Below, piece after piece: positions 1-13,517 of a DNA stretch of 64,000 nucleotides (position 1 is its first letter; the number at the start of each line of letters is the position of its first letter). The notes beneath the pieces are model-generated. The model did not search any database. It was given only the letters and a program-made list of their open reading frames with translations, and was not told where the DNA came from. Where the stretch lies: positions 533,203 through 597,202 of the forward strand of contig NMRA01000206.1 of NCBI GenBank assembly GCA_002633005.1. The letters run 5' to 3'. This DNA is from Phoronis australis (Eukaryota; Animalia; Phoronida). The translations under genes and the position numbers were made by a program.

Positions 1-360
1 AAACGGTTCTTAAAGGCAGTTTCTTCTGAACAAATGCGTCGAATTCTAAGTGCAAGGCTATAAGGAAGGCTTTTCTTACAATGAAAGGGATGATACGAGT
101 GATATGACAGATAATGGTGTTTGTCAGTTTCTTTACAGAATAATTCATCATTACTAAGGATGGCAGTGACATCTAAACATGAAATTTTATTTTGAGAAAT
201 GTCGTGCCTGGGTGAACTTTATAGTGGGGTAAAATTTGTGAATATCCTCTAAGAATACACATAATTTTTGAGGGCCATGGGTCCAGATCATGAAAATGTC
301 GTCGATGTATCTCAGCCAGAGAAGAGGTTTTTCAGAGCAAGATTTGATGAAGTTGTTTTC
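1..360 (-). mobile_element. Penelope-like retroelement fragment (decayed)
   Basis: KPLLWLRYIDDIFMIWTHG; reverse-complement homologue of about 11070-11440, with a deletion and a frameshift. Confidence 0.88.
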
Positions 361-1857
361 AGGGCAGAGTATTAGCGGATTTTGCCCGTCTGACATTAGC
401 ACCCCCGAATTGGGATTTATTTCCATTTAGTTGACCTGCAAATGTCAAATAAATGATAATGGAAGAAAAAAAAGAGGGTTACATGTACAAGTTTTTATAC
501 ATGTATATCCTCAAACGTAACGTCAACTGACTCACTGGACAAAAGTCATCGGGTTCAATTTTGAATATGATTGCGCAATACATCCAGAAAACAACTTGTT
601 TTCATTTGAAAGACCTTAGACTTGACTTTTGTAACAAGTTAAAGCAGATTTCTTGCTAAAATTTCGTTCAATTTGTCTGTAAACTATGCTCATCTTTTCC
701 AAAATCGACAGTTTGGCAAAACAATTTTCACTATGTAAAGTTAAGGTAGGATATTTTTTGGTAAGTCGTCAAGATTTACTCCTTAGCTGTATGTTCAAAA
801 GTTACATGAAGCAGTAACGTGCAATATGGCAGTAAGAGCGACACAGAACGGCCACTAATATAAGCTATTAAAAGTGGTGTTTGGATTATCTCCCCTATCT
901 AACACAAAGCCGTCAAATTTGAGTAAATGCCAAATAATTATTTACAGTATACATAGGTTATTCCAGTCACCATAGTACAACGTTCAATCTATTTTGTAAG
1001 CTACTTATTTTCGTTGCTGAAAACATAAAATTTTAGAGATGGCTAATATGACCAATTGCTGTCTAGTGCTCCACAAAAAAAATTAGGGTCATTGAGTGCA
1101 CAAAATGTGTCATTTAGGTTTTTAATAGGATCCCTGTCCATGTACAAAAAATGAAGTTGTTTTGAATTTTGAGGTATACACTGATTTTTTAAAATCTGGT
1201 TTTATGCAGATTGTTTCTTAATCTCTTCCTATTAAGAGTAACTTTTTAGGTTACTTTATATAAGAAAATTGCCATGCAAGAATTGAGATTATTCGTGTAC
1301 GATATCCCAGTATTTTAAATTTCATCTTAAAACCAAGCAGATCTTTCATGGGAAAACAGCTTCCAAATCGAAATTTTAAGTCCCCATGGCTACGTGTTGA
1401 TCCCCTTACACTCAAACGGGAATGCATTTAATTTCGTTTCCTAAAATCAAGGGAGATGTCGTTTAGTGGAAACCTAAGCATTTGCTGTTAGCGCATTGAA
1501 ATCGCACCTAAAACAAAGACTGCTCATGTGGTTATGTATTAATGGGTGTACACGTGCAGTGTACGTCTACAGGTAGAATACTTACCGGGTTGTATATTTC
1601 CACTGAAGGCAATGTATATATAAACAAATTGCAATACGGTGAATTTATAGAGCGATGGCAAGGTCTTGACCTTTTTTGTTGATTATGAATGAATCATAGT
1701 CTCTACTTGTTATTTAATGTTAAATTGCATCTGCACATATCAGCACTGTAAGTTGACCTTAACTGATCCTTGACTAAACAATAAAGTTATTGTGTTGTGT
1801 AATTGTGCGATCTATACCGTACTTATTATATTTATTATATTAAAAAAGAATACTTAC

Positions 1858-2048
1858 CGCCAATTGCAGATTGAAAACCGGCATTATAATGCACCGAAAC
1901 TTTCAGTTGGGATGATTTACGTTTATCGATAAACTGGTCAGCCGAGTCTGGACCGCTGACCAGTGCCCCATGCAGAATGTTAGGGTTTGGCGTAGTGGCC
2001 TCGATGTTTGTCCGGTCACATGGCTCTTTAAGCGACAGTGGGCACGCA
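1858..2048 (-). CDS. GH9-like gene A, exon 8 (terminal exon not found in window)
   Basis: ttcacag|...|gtaag, 191 nt, phase 2-1. SACPLS...PNPNILHGALVSGPDSADQFIDKRKSSQLKVSVHYNAGFQSAIG. Confidence 0.92.
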
Positions 2049-2849
2049 CTGTGAATGCAGAGTTAACAGGATTATTTACACAGTAAAGGAGGTAAGCACG
2101 TCCCTTCAGGTTTGTCTCCCAAAGCAATAAGTAACAAATAAAAATAAATAAAAAATAAACAAAAAACGGAAAAGAGTGAAAAAGACAAAATACATACATT
2201 AGTTTTCAAAATAAATCGGACAATATCGCATCAGACAAAATTTCTACGCGGATATTTAATTCTTGCAGACCCAACTAGGCTTTAGCACCGGTGAAATTCT
2301 GTTTCACTTTTTTTCGGAAGTTTTAGAAGGATTGCTCAGGCTACCCGAAATAACGACTACCCTGACGAAAGGTCGACAGCAGCTTTATTTTATCACGACA
2401 CAAGTCTCGTCTAGCTTTGCAGAACTTTCCGATTTATGAATGAATAAGAAATACTAACTCCAAAAGTAACAATCGCAAGGACATCCAAAATGCACCAAAA
2501 GAACTTTTTTTCATACTTTTATTTTGCCCTAGCATGATAATTACATGTCGCATACATGTAAACCAATACAGTATACATCGTTTACGAAGAATAACATTAC
2601 GTAAGTCAACAAGTAATTTAATAAAGTTGATGAACAATTGGATATTAAGAGTTTTTTAACAAACTTGTGGCTAAATATGTAATTTTTGCTAGCATGATCA
2701 ACAGATTAATGTTACAATTTTCCGACTGAATGTTTCCCAAAAAAAACAAAAAACACTGCTATCTTGTCCACATGAAAATTTACATGTAATGTTTGTTTTA
2801 ACCACTCAGCAAACGGGAGTCAGAAACCGGAGACAAGACGACATTCCCA

Positions 2850-5520
2850 AAAGAGATGGAGAAAAGTTTCACTGTGTACACCACAGAAAGAGCATAGATC
2901 ACTTGTTTTTATTTTAATTTTATGTAAATAACTATTAGTTGGTAATATTCTGTGAATTAAGCGGTATTGAAACCAACGCAATTTTGTATCTTTTGTACAA
3001 TTGAAGGGTAGTTTATTTACTTTTCTCCACCATGTATCAGAGTCACGTAAAATTTATATTATTTATAACACCGTTTATATCTATCTCAGATGACCACTTG
3101 TTTTTATATTTACAAGCTGTCTGAAGTGACTGTACTAAGGTGTCATGAATATTTACCTCTTGTGATTTATTATGTAAAATTTTATAAATATAACTTGGAA
3201 AATTTGGTAAAAAGATATTGTCTTGTCTATTCTTAAGACCCCTGTACGCTGCAAAGGTTACACTTCTTAATCCATAGAATTCTAGTATTGGAGGTTGAAA
3301 GTTATAACTATTACAGAGTTGTTCATAGGACATAAAAGAGCCTTCAGCCTTAAACAAATCACTATAGACTCCCCTTTCATACCAGGACTTGTAAAAAATA
3401 GATTTTCTACCAACTTTAATCTTTGAAATTATCAACTTTACAACTCAAAACTGCCTCAGCAAGGTCACGTATGGTATTTGAGGTGAATAGTTTACGACGC
3501 CACAATATTTTCAAAGACTTAATAAAAGAAAACTAACATGAACCACTTTTAAACCACCATGATCCTGATTTTGTACAATTTAATTTCGGCTAACTCTGTC
3601 ATTCTTCCCATTCCGAATGAAGCCAAAGAAAACTCGCTCTAATTCTTGAATAACGTCATTGGAGGGGCTAGGGACAGATTGAAGCAATTGAACAATCCTG
3701 GACAATAAAAGTGTCTTAACCACGATTATTTCACCTAAAACAGTAAGAATTGTTCTTGACCAAGAGCTCACCATTTTCTTAATTTCCAAAAACCTGAAAC
3801 TATAGTTAATACCCGGCATTGCATTATAATCAGTGGAGAAGTTGATTCCCAAAAATATGAAACGTTTGTTGGTCCATTACAGGTTCTAATTGCCACAAAG
3901 TTTTTCGTCCGAGTCTTTTTTGAATCAATCCAAACACATCTTGTTTCCTCGATGATTGGCTTCAAACCAGAAAATTTCGCAAATTGGTCAATTAAATTCA
4001 AAGATGGTCTAAGAGATAACTCAGAACCGTCCAAAATTAAACAAGAGTCGTCAGCGTTCTGGATCAATTTACACTCAGAAACACCTATCCTGATCCCAGT
4101 GATGCCACCATCCCGACAAAGTAAGTTACCCAATATTTCTACACATAATACAAAAAGGTAAGGAGAAATAGGGTCTCATTGACGACAGCCTCTCCCCATA
4201 TCAAGAAAATCAGAGAAAATCCATGTTGGAGAACACAAAGACAAGATTTGTTGTAGAGTGTTTTAACCGTGTCAATGAACCTTGGGCCAAAGTTAAAGTA
4301 TGGCAATGCCTTTAGGATATAGGAAACCGAGTTGAAAGCTTTTTCAAAATCGATCATTAAGAGCAGTCCGGGAAAGGGTTTACAGTCTTAGAATTGAATT
4401 ACATGATATAAAATTCTTATGTTTTCCCCAATATATCTGCCTTTCATGAAACCTTGTTGGTTCTCGTGAATAAGGGATCCGAGGACGCTTTTTAGGCGTC
4501 TTGCAATACAACCAGACAAAATTTTGTAAGTAATATTCAATAGTGAAATTGGACGCCAAATTTTGATGAATTCTCTTGGTTTATTTTTTTGGTATATACC
4601 CTGTTTTTGAGTTGTAGATAATTCTCCTTTATTGATACCTTCTTCAAAAGATCAGAACAAATAATATTTAAGGTCTGGCCAAAAAAAAATTCTACTGTGA
4701 AACCATCTGGGCCAAGACTTTTGTTGTTTTTTAAATCTTTCAGAGTTGCATGAATTTCCTCCAAAGTGATAAATTTTTCAAGTTCGACTCTGATAGACTG
4801 GTTCAATTCAGGCATTGGGCACGATGCCAAAAGTTCATTTAAATTAACATCAACAAGGACGCCGTCTTTACAGGAGTATAAATTTTTATAAAAAGAAGTG
4901 ATCTCCGAGAGGATAGCGGATTGTTCCTTGATAATAGCGTTATTGGTGCTTAGTAGCTTAGTTACATTCTTATTCACAAAATTTCGTTTTTCTAATGCAC
5001 AAAAATATTTGGTTGGTTTTTCGCCATTTTCAACCCAGTTAATTCTCGATATGACGTCATGCATGTATTCTCTGCGACAATCTTCATATTCTGACTTCTT
5101 AATTTCCAGTAGAACAGCAATTTCAGGATCGTCACTCTCATTGAACCGATCTTGAAAGGACATTAACTGTTCTTCCAAGTCTTTTCCTTTTCTATTTTTT
5201 CTTTTTCTTAGAGATACAATAGGGAATAGTTACAGTTCGAATATTTAACAATAACGTCTCCAAAAACAATTGATCAGATATATAAAACTGAAGATTATCA
5301 GAGTCAATTTCATGTATTTTGTTCAAATCGTATACTGGAAGAGCATAATGTTTTTTTTGTACGCAATATCTCATTCTTAACGAGATTAATATATTCTCTG
5401 TCTTTTAGCAGTGAGGTATTAAATTTCCAAAACCTCGGTCCTTTTTTGAACGTAGTTAATTGTATAGTTAAGACGACGTTGTTATGGTCCGATCAGTAGC
5501 CCGACTGTATTTCTACCTTT
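2850..5520 (-). mobile_element. Decayed L1/Tx1-clade LINE ORF2 in intron 7 of gene A
   Basis: Frameshifted pieces in the expected order: SDHN..GPRFWKFNTSL (end of endonuclease), GEKPTKYFCALEK, KSLGPDGFTVEF, IDFEKAF, QNADDS (RT), LRWFQYRLIHRIL, CSFC. Confidence 0.88.
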
Positions 5521-5983
5521 GGCGGATAGAGATGCAGACGACAAACACGTACTCAATTAGTTAATGACCACTAATTGGCCCACAGCACTCAAACTCTTCC
5601 GAAGATGAAAAGGTGTCATTGCTCCTTAACAAAATCCTATTTGCCAAATTTCATGAAAATCCATCAAGGAACTCCAAAGATTCATAGGCAAACGTGAAAA
5701 ACTTAATTGCAACTAAGAGGCAGAGCGACATCGGCTCGTTCAGAAACTTGTCCTCGTCTGTAATTTTCATAGAAACCCATCTGCCAAATTTAATTAAGAA
5801 TCTACAAGACGTTTACAGGACGAAGGAAGCAGGACGCCCAGACACCAGAGGGTAGGTGACGGCAGTATGTACCCAAATATGGATATATGGACGCATCAAA
5901 ATCGGTTTCAGAAAGGCATTAGTTTGACCTTGACGGGAAGAAAATATCCAACATCTCAGCCAGTGTCTATAGAATTAATGTTA

Positions 5984-6247
<264 letters not shown>

Positions 6248-8026
6248 TCAACCTCTTATCCTATCACAAGAAATCAATGACATGAGTTAATTGTATTGTC
6301 CGCCATCTTGACTATTAATACAATCAGTGGCTGATCTAGGATACCATAAGGGCGGGAGCAATATTTTGTCTGGGACAATTGAGCAAAGCACGATTAGGAG
6401 AATACAGCGAGGCTCGAGCTCCTACTGCAAAAATAAAGGGAGGACTAAAATTAAAAACGAAAGCAGTTGCGCAGGTCGTCGGGGCCGGACACTTAAAATG
6501 GAGTGTGACCCCCCAACAGCCGCTTCGTTATTATCGGGGTTAATTGTCAATTCCTTACGGTATTGCTGTCTTATCTTTTTGCGGCACCCACCTATGAAAA
6601 TGAACCAACCACTAGCAGACATTCGAAATAGCCGCGTCACATTGAAATTCGCTATCCTTGCCAAACGTAAGTTTTGAACTCGATACGTGACTACTACTTA
6701 CATTGTTGTTGGCTTCTTTCATACAAAGAGTATGTTGCGCTCAATCTAAATATGCAAGGAAAATAACAACATATCCCGACATTCATCCTTCGTATATACA
6801 TAAAGATATACATCTGGATGAGTTGAAATTGTTATTTCATGGGAATTTTCATTTTGAGCGTCACATGCCAAACTTCATGCACCTGACGTCAAGCTGCTTG
6901 GTTACTGCAATATTGTGGCGGGCAAATATAGTAAGGGCCTTCGCCTTCTGCGTCTCAATGTTCACTTTGGCTAGTCCGCTTCCAGCCACCGGAAAGGTCC
7001 TCTGAGAATACTCTTCACAATCAGCTCGCTATGGGAAACATCACCCCCAACGCCCTTATCTTCAGCGGGTGTAGGTATAGATTTTTGCCCAACATGTTCT
7101 GTGAACCAACTGGCAGAAGGTAATTCAGGTAAGCAAATTCATGCCAAGCTCGCCCAGGTGCAGGATTTTAGTTCGTACATGCGTAGATATGAAAAACCTC
7201 CTAGGGGTACATTTTTAAGATGAGACTACGAAAGTACTCGAGGTGTTCTGAATGGGAGAAGCAGCAAGGGTACATATCTTATTTCAATAGATCTACTTAA
7301 GGATCCTATAGAAGTGTCCAAGTTTGATAACATAATATTCCAGAAATGACGGATCACGTGATCCATGTAAGACTTTCATATGCTTTATGCAATGCTATGT
7401 TATCTAACACGCTATGATGAATTGTTTTTGAAAAGTTCTTGCATGAGAGGATATGGAAATATGACTTTTATTGTTTTTATGAAAAAATCACCACTAGGGG
7501 ACGCTATAAAGCGAAAAGGAAATGATAATTTAGAAATATATAACACCTTTTATCATTCTTCTGGAATATTTATGTCACAATGAATTTGCTCATGTTATGA
7601 TGTTTTGCTATTTATGTACCTTTCTTTGTTGGTAAAGACATAGTCATGTGACCCAATTAAAGATAGACTGGTATTACGTCAATAATCACAGTGTCAACCT
7701 TCGGCAAAATATTTTGCTTTTACTGAGTCAATATCTATAGTTTTAAGATATTTGGCTAAATGTACAGACCAGTCGATGAGGTCCTACATGACCTTAAACT
7801 GCAGAAAAACCCTCCTTGCCCAATATAGGGACGTCTGCTACCACACGAACTGTTGCCGAGTACAAGTTGCGCCACCTATTGAGTTATAAAAGGCATCGCA
7901 AATTGCTGTTATTCGTCCTTGTCTAATTTAAAGGGTTGACTCTACTCTCGGTGTCGCTCAACTTACCCTGGTCCCCCTATAGATCTATAATCATCACTAA
8001 ATCTGTCGACTAGGTAGTATAGTTAC

Positions 8027-8331
8027 CGGCGTGGCGTAATGTCCCCACAGTAGACCTGAACGACAGCTTTCCTGGCGTTATTACCACTTTGTTTCGACCA
8101 AATTTAAAATCGTCAAGCACTCCCGTTACTCTCGACAGATATGTGGAGTCGCCAGTAGCTTCGTAGAGGAGGATCGATGCACCGGAAATCTTGCTGTTCC
8201 AGGAGAAACTCCATTCACTGGAACTCATTAAAGGTTCGAATTTTTTGGCATCATCCAAGTACTCTCTATTCCCAGTAGCTTTGTACAGCCACATGGCTGC
8301 CCAAACGAGCTCGTCCGCGTAGTGGGCCGAT
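8027..8331 (-). CDS. GH9-like gene A, exon 6
   Basis: 305 nt, phase 2-1. YADELVWAAMWLYKATG...FSWNSK...TPGKL...GTLRHA. Confidence 0.93.
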
Positions 8332-9843
8332 CTGCAACAGAATTTAAAATTGTACAATCGAATCTGTAGTCATGAAGTGACCTATATTAATTTCGAAAAG
8401 AGTATCGATTAAATCGGACTTTTTGCAATTAATACAAAAGAATTTTAGAAATCAGCTCAACTACGTAGATTTTTATGTTCAGCGTTTCGCTTTAATCGCT
8501 AAAGTCAAGGCAATAGAGAGGTTTCGCAAAGCGACTTGAACGTGAATTAAGACGCATACTTAATTGCGCATGCCCATTCACGTTAGAGTAACTATAATGG
8601 TTTTCACAACAGCTAAATTTTGATGTGACCGTGAAAATAAACGTGAACTGAATAACTGAGCTCAGGGTGTCCAGTTATCGTAGTACACATCTGCTACAGA
8701 TTTGCAAGATAGAAATACATGTTAATTGTGTGTCTCATGATTCCATAAATTGAAATTAAAATGAATAGCAAACATGCAAAGTGCAAATTTTAATGTAGTG
8801 AGAAGACGAGAGCTCTGTTGAACGAACCGTAAATTCTGTTTTAAAAGATGCGGTCCCATAACCACATGCCGAAATACCACAAAGCAACTCCGATTTTGCG
8901 ACATTTTCAAACAACGCTTCACTTCCACAGGACACGTATTTATCAGCTATTGTGCGCATATTTTACAAACTAGACTTCCGGTTGCAGGGGTTATGTTCTT
9001 GGCTCCTAAGTATAAGAAATATCACCGTCATCATTAAGCTCTCTTACAGAGAAAAAGCGAAAATAAACTGAAAAACTACAACAACGAGAATTACAATGAT
9101 AACAGATGATGAAGACGGCGTATGACATCTATGGTGGCAATTATGATTGGTGTAGATGGGCGTATTTAGGCCCCTGAGCCTTTATCGATAAAAGGGGGGG
9201 GTTCCAATTCAAAGAAATAAAAATTTTTAATTGCTTCACATACAGGTGCCATCGGGAGCATGTTAGTAATTTCGTGACCAAAAATTTCCTCTGGATGAAC
9301 ATTACCTGCGCATGAGCAGACTTCAGACGTTAAGTCAAAAGAGAAGTGATTTTCAAACTGGAGAATGATTCGCCTCATGACCGAAGTTCACACATATAGG
9401 CGTATAACTTTCGCCTGCGAAATTTGAGCCTGAGCTTTAGGCGTAGTCGGCTAATCCGTCTAAATATATACAGTACGTACGGGTTAAACTGGCAGCTTTT
9501 ATTTGATGTTTGCTTATTCTGAAAACTTTTTCTTGACTGGTGTCAAGTTGAACTGAAACAGATAAATCAAGTTGCACTTTCACACAGCACTGAGTTTTGC
9601 AGACCAAGTTGCTTCCAACTCAGGGACGTGTGTCACTTTCTCTGAATCCGCTGCCTTGTACGCTGTCCGTATCAGGGGGCGTCTGTCGACATTTTCTTTA
9701 CGTGTCCACTTCACACCAGCCATAAACTCTATCTCAACATGTACATTTATGCCTCATTTGTTATTGGATGAAGAAACACTTTCCCGAAAGGAAGTGGCGA
9801 TAGACGCGCCCGCGTATTTGTGACTTTTGAAGGAAATACTTAC

Positions 9844-9943
9844 CCATAAGTTTGTCTGTCGTCATTATAAATACCCTGAAGCCCAACAGCAAATGAATAC
9901 AGCTCCATGGAGTGACGTAAATATAAAAGTGCCGTTCCAATAT
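9844..9943 (-). CDS. GH9-like gene A, exon 5
   Basis: tctag|...|gtaag, 100 nt, phase 1-2. DIGTALLYLRHSMELYSFAVGLQGIYNDDRQTYG. Same length as the paralogous exon; not in the ORF track. Confidence 0.88.
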
Positions 9944-10430
9944 CTAGACGAAATATGACAATGTTGTCAGCACATGAAATCTGGGATAAAAAACATTAAA
10001 GCACTGGCCTACCTTGTCCCAACTGATGTAATGAACGTAGTAATCATTGCTCTCATATCCAGTAGCTTCTAATAACAGTGAGTGTTCCAAATTACGTCTG
10101 CTATCACGTAATGCAACATTAAGATAAAAAAAGTGTTCGGTACACGTACGGGCCATGCAATTGGAACAAATGAACAAGAATCAAATGAATTTGTTCGAAC
10201 GATAGTTTGATTTCAACGCCAAGAATTGCGCCAAGCAATACTATACAAGACCGCAGTTCTTTGGTTCTCATTGTCTTAGCTATTTACATTAACACTGTCC
10301 CAGATTAGATTAAGTACGTTGTCCACTTGCACAGTACATTTATGACGTATGTGTCAGTAACTCACGGCAGTCCCATCCACTTCACTTGTAACATTACTCA
10401 TGCAACATTGCAACAAATACTATCAGTTAC

Positions 10431-10593
10431 CTGTGTCGTTAAAGACAAGAAATCCGGCGGCCAGCGCTGCTGAGACCTCTCCCGCCAAGTCAGATCCAGG
10501 CTCGTCTGACAATTGTAGTTTCGCGACAGTGCGATATGTAGTCGATTGAGTCGGACGTTCAACCGTTGCCCATTCCGTGTCAGGCTCTCCAAC
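10431..10593 (-). CDS. GH9-like gene A, exon 4
   Basis: 163 nt, phase 0-1. VGEPDTEW...PGSDLAGEVSAALAAGFLVF matches the GH9 PGSD.AGE.AAALAA motif. Acceptor is GAG. Confidence 0.9.
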
Positions 10594-11005
10594 CTCCAAA
10601 GTCAAATAAAATGTCAGAGTCCGAGACTCATCTAGACACTACGGGTATTTATATAGCCACACACTACTCCTAGGAGGTATACTTGGCTGACCTGTAGATG
10701 CGGAGCCTCAGCTCCACGGCCAGTCCAGTTGTGTGACTCTCAAAGTAGAGATTGGTCATCTGAGAGTGAAGCTCAGGCATGTGCAGTTTGAATTAAGTAT
10801 TATGAAAGAATATTTGAAGCTTCGAAAATATCTGAGGTGCTCCGGATTCGAGACAGTCACACGAAACTCGACATTCTATTCTAAATGGCCAGTCGCGTGC
10901 CACAGGATATAATTTCAAGCGTTGTGATTGGACCATTGTCGAGTCAAGAATCGAAGGAGAAGTTACGACACCTCGTTTCCTGACGTACGTGACATACTGA
11001 TCTCG

Positions 11006-12370
11006 TATGGCACAGCCATGGGAACTAGGGTTGCTCCTACCTTTGCTAACCTCTTTATGGGAAATCTTGAAAACAGCTTCATCAAATCCTGCTCTGAAAA
11101 ACCCCTTCTCTGGCTAAGATACATTGATGACATTTTTATGATATGGACCCATGGTCCACAAAAATTAGATGTATTTTTAGAAAATATTAACAAATTTCAC
11201 CCTACTATAAAGTTCACTCATGACATTTCTCAAAATAAAGTCTCATTTTTAGATGTAACTGTCACTCTTAATAATGATAAACTAGAAACTGACTTATTCT
11301 GTAAAGAAACTGACAAACACCAGTATCTGTCATATCACTCGTGTCATCCCTTTCATTGCAAGAAAAGCCTTCCATATAGCCTTGCCCTAAGAATTCGACG
11401 CATTTGTTCAGAAGAAACTTCCTTTAATAACCGTTTAAAAGAACTCAAGTACTATCTAATTCAACGTCATTTCCCCTTACATCTTATACACAAACAGTTT
11501 GACAAAGTCCGCTCAATTACTCGAAATGAATCTTTAAGAACTAAAACTAAAGGCAATACTACTAATAGAATACCTTTCATAACTATGTTCAATCCATGTT
11601 TAAACGGAATTAGCCACGTCTTCAAAAAACATCTTTCTACACTGCATATTTCCCCTCAAATGAAAAACCTATTTCCTCATCCCCCTATAATTTCTTGGAG
11701 AAAATGTAAAAATCTAAAAAATTATTTAGTTAAAGCTAATATCGACAATATACACCAAACTGACAAACCTATTGGCAACACACAATGTAACAAAACTAGG
11801 TGTAAAATGTGTAACTTCATCAACGATAGCACTTTTTTCCAGTCTTCCCAAACCAATGAAAACTTTGAAATAAAACATTATTCTGATTGCACCACCAACA
11901 ATATTATTTACCTTATAACTTGTAAAAAATGTTCTATCCAATACGTAGGACAAACTCAACATAATCTACAAACTCGGTTTCGTAATCATAGATTTAACAT
12001 AATACATAAAAACATTTCTGATACTGTAGGTAATCATTTCAATTCCAAAAACCATAATATTCAAGATCTTTCTGTACAAATAATAGAAAAACTCCAACAC
12101 CCCAGTACCCCTCACAGACTTAAAAGAGAACAATATTGGATAGACAAACTGAATACAATAGAACCTCATGGATTGAACATAAAAACTTAAAATATGTCAT
12201 TGAATTTTTTCCGCAAAAATGTATCATTTTCATTACACCATATCTTATATGTCAATTGTCATTTTTGTGTTTGATTTTACTTTATTTCTGTTTTTGTTGA
12301 TAAAGGAAGTTGTTACCTCCGAAAATTTCAAATTTCAGTTGATCCATTCTTGTTGTTTTATTTACCGATT
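11006..12370 (+). mobile_element. 5'-truncated Penelope-like element (Neptune-type), RT C-terminal half + GIY-YIG endonuclease
   Basis: Open frame to the stop at 12190: GTAMG, WLRYIDDIF, Cys linker CNKTRCKMC, IIYLITCKKCSIQYVGQT...RFRNH...REQYWIDKL.T..P.GLN. Confidence 0.93.
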
Positions 12371-13517
12371 TATTTCTCATCCTAACCAATGCTTATATAA
12401 AACTGAAACAAAGTCTGTCTCAACAGATACAATTTGTAATAACTTTTCAGTATTCGTGAGTGCAAATGTTGAGAAGGCAGCAATGAATAAACCACTGCGT
12501 TACCGGCTTTAGATGCCGACAATAAAGGTAGTTGATCGGGCACAGAGGCCGTGTGAGCGCATGCTAATTCAGTGTTTGCCGACAGAAAGCTGTTGTGAAA
12601 CAAATACTCGATTTTATATGCTATGGTCAGATGTTAGGGGAATCTTTATTTAGAAATATAAATACATTACTCAAATCATTGCTACTGTACTGCCTTTGCC
12701 CTGACGGTCTGTGGAAGGGGAACCCAACTTCGCGGCCCCCAAAGTAAATAGATTTTCAGTTTCGTGGCTAATTCACATAACTAATTACTTGCACATTATT
12801 TCTTTGGCTCACTATTATAGTCTTTTCGTGACTGGAGGTTAAGTTTCCAACTCAAGCTTGTTTATGTTCGTGCCAGTCCCGGCGGCCGCGACGGGCATGA
12901 TCGGGTTCCAAGCAACTGGCCGGGATAACGAGCCAGTCTGGCCGCGACGGGCATGATCGGGTTCCGAGCCACTGACCGGGATAACGAGTCAGTCCGGCCG
13001 CGACGGGCCTGATCGGATTCCGACCCAGTGGCCGAGATAACGAACGTTTTGTGTGTTAAGTAATAAAAAAATCACAACTCTAAGCAACACAGATCTAGGT
13101 TCTCCTGTCTGTATTTTACCGAAGAATACTTCGAATTTATCTCCAAACAGATCCCAAACTCCTGCTACGGACCTTGGTAAATTGGCTTGCCGAACTTTGT
13201 AAGGCTACGCTGTGACCAAATACCAATAAATCCGTAACACCGAAACAAAACAACACGTTTTTATAAGGACTCGGTGTATGTTTAAGGGTTTTACATCGAA
13301 ATTTGATGATTTATTGGTGTTAAACGATGAATTCAAGCGATAAGCTGACACTAGTAACCCGTGTTGTGAACTGCTGAACAGACTGCGTGTGAAACCGATG
13401 ACGTCATTGGATAATTTCAACACTTACGTCTGCCGTCAGGTGTCAGGTAACGCAACCGAACATGCCACTGGATCTAAATTGATACAATATATGTTCGTTT
13501 TTGGGGGGCATTCTCCT
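12371..13517 (+). mobile_element. Truncated copy of TTAA/THAP (Kolobok-like) non-autonomous DNA transposon
   Basis: Colinear with 34910-35928. Ends ggggcattctcct|ttaa. Internal ~55-bp unit repeated three times at about 12883-13045. Confidence 0.8.

Noticed and set aside
358-435. Terminal exon of gene A after the ttgcag acceptor at about 436
   Set aside because: The translation runs through MITE-derived sequence and does not resemble GLEHLRLHGRLP of gene B. The real exon is probably left of the window.
10928-11005. N-terminus of the 420-aa ORF as a host-Penelope fusion gene
   Set aside because: The start codon is TTG and the sequence is chance open flank upstream of a 5'-truncated RT.
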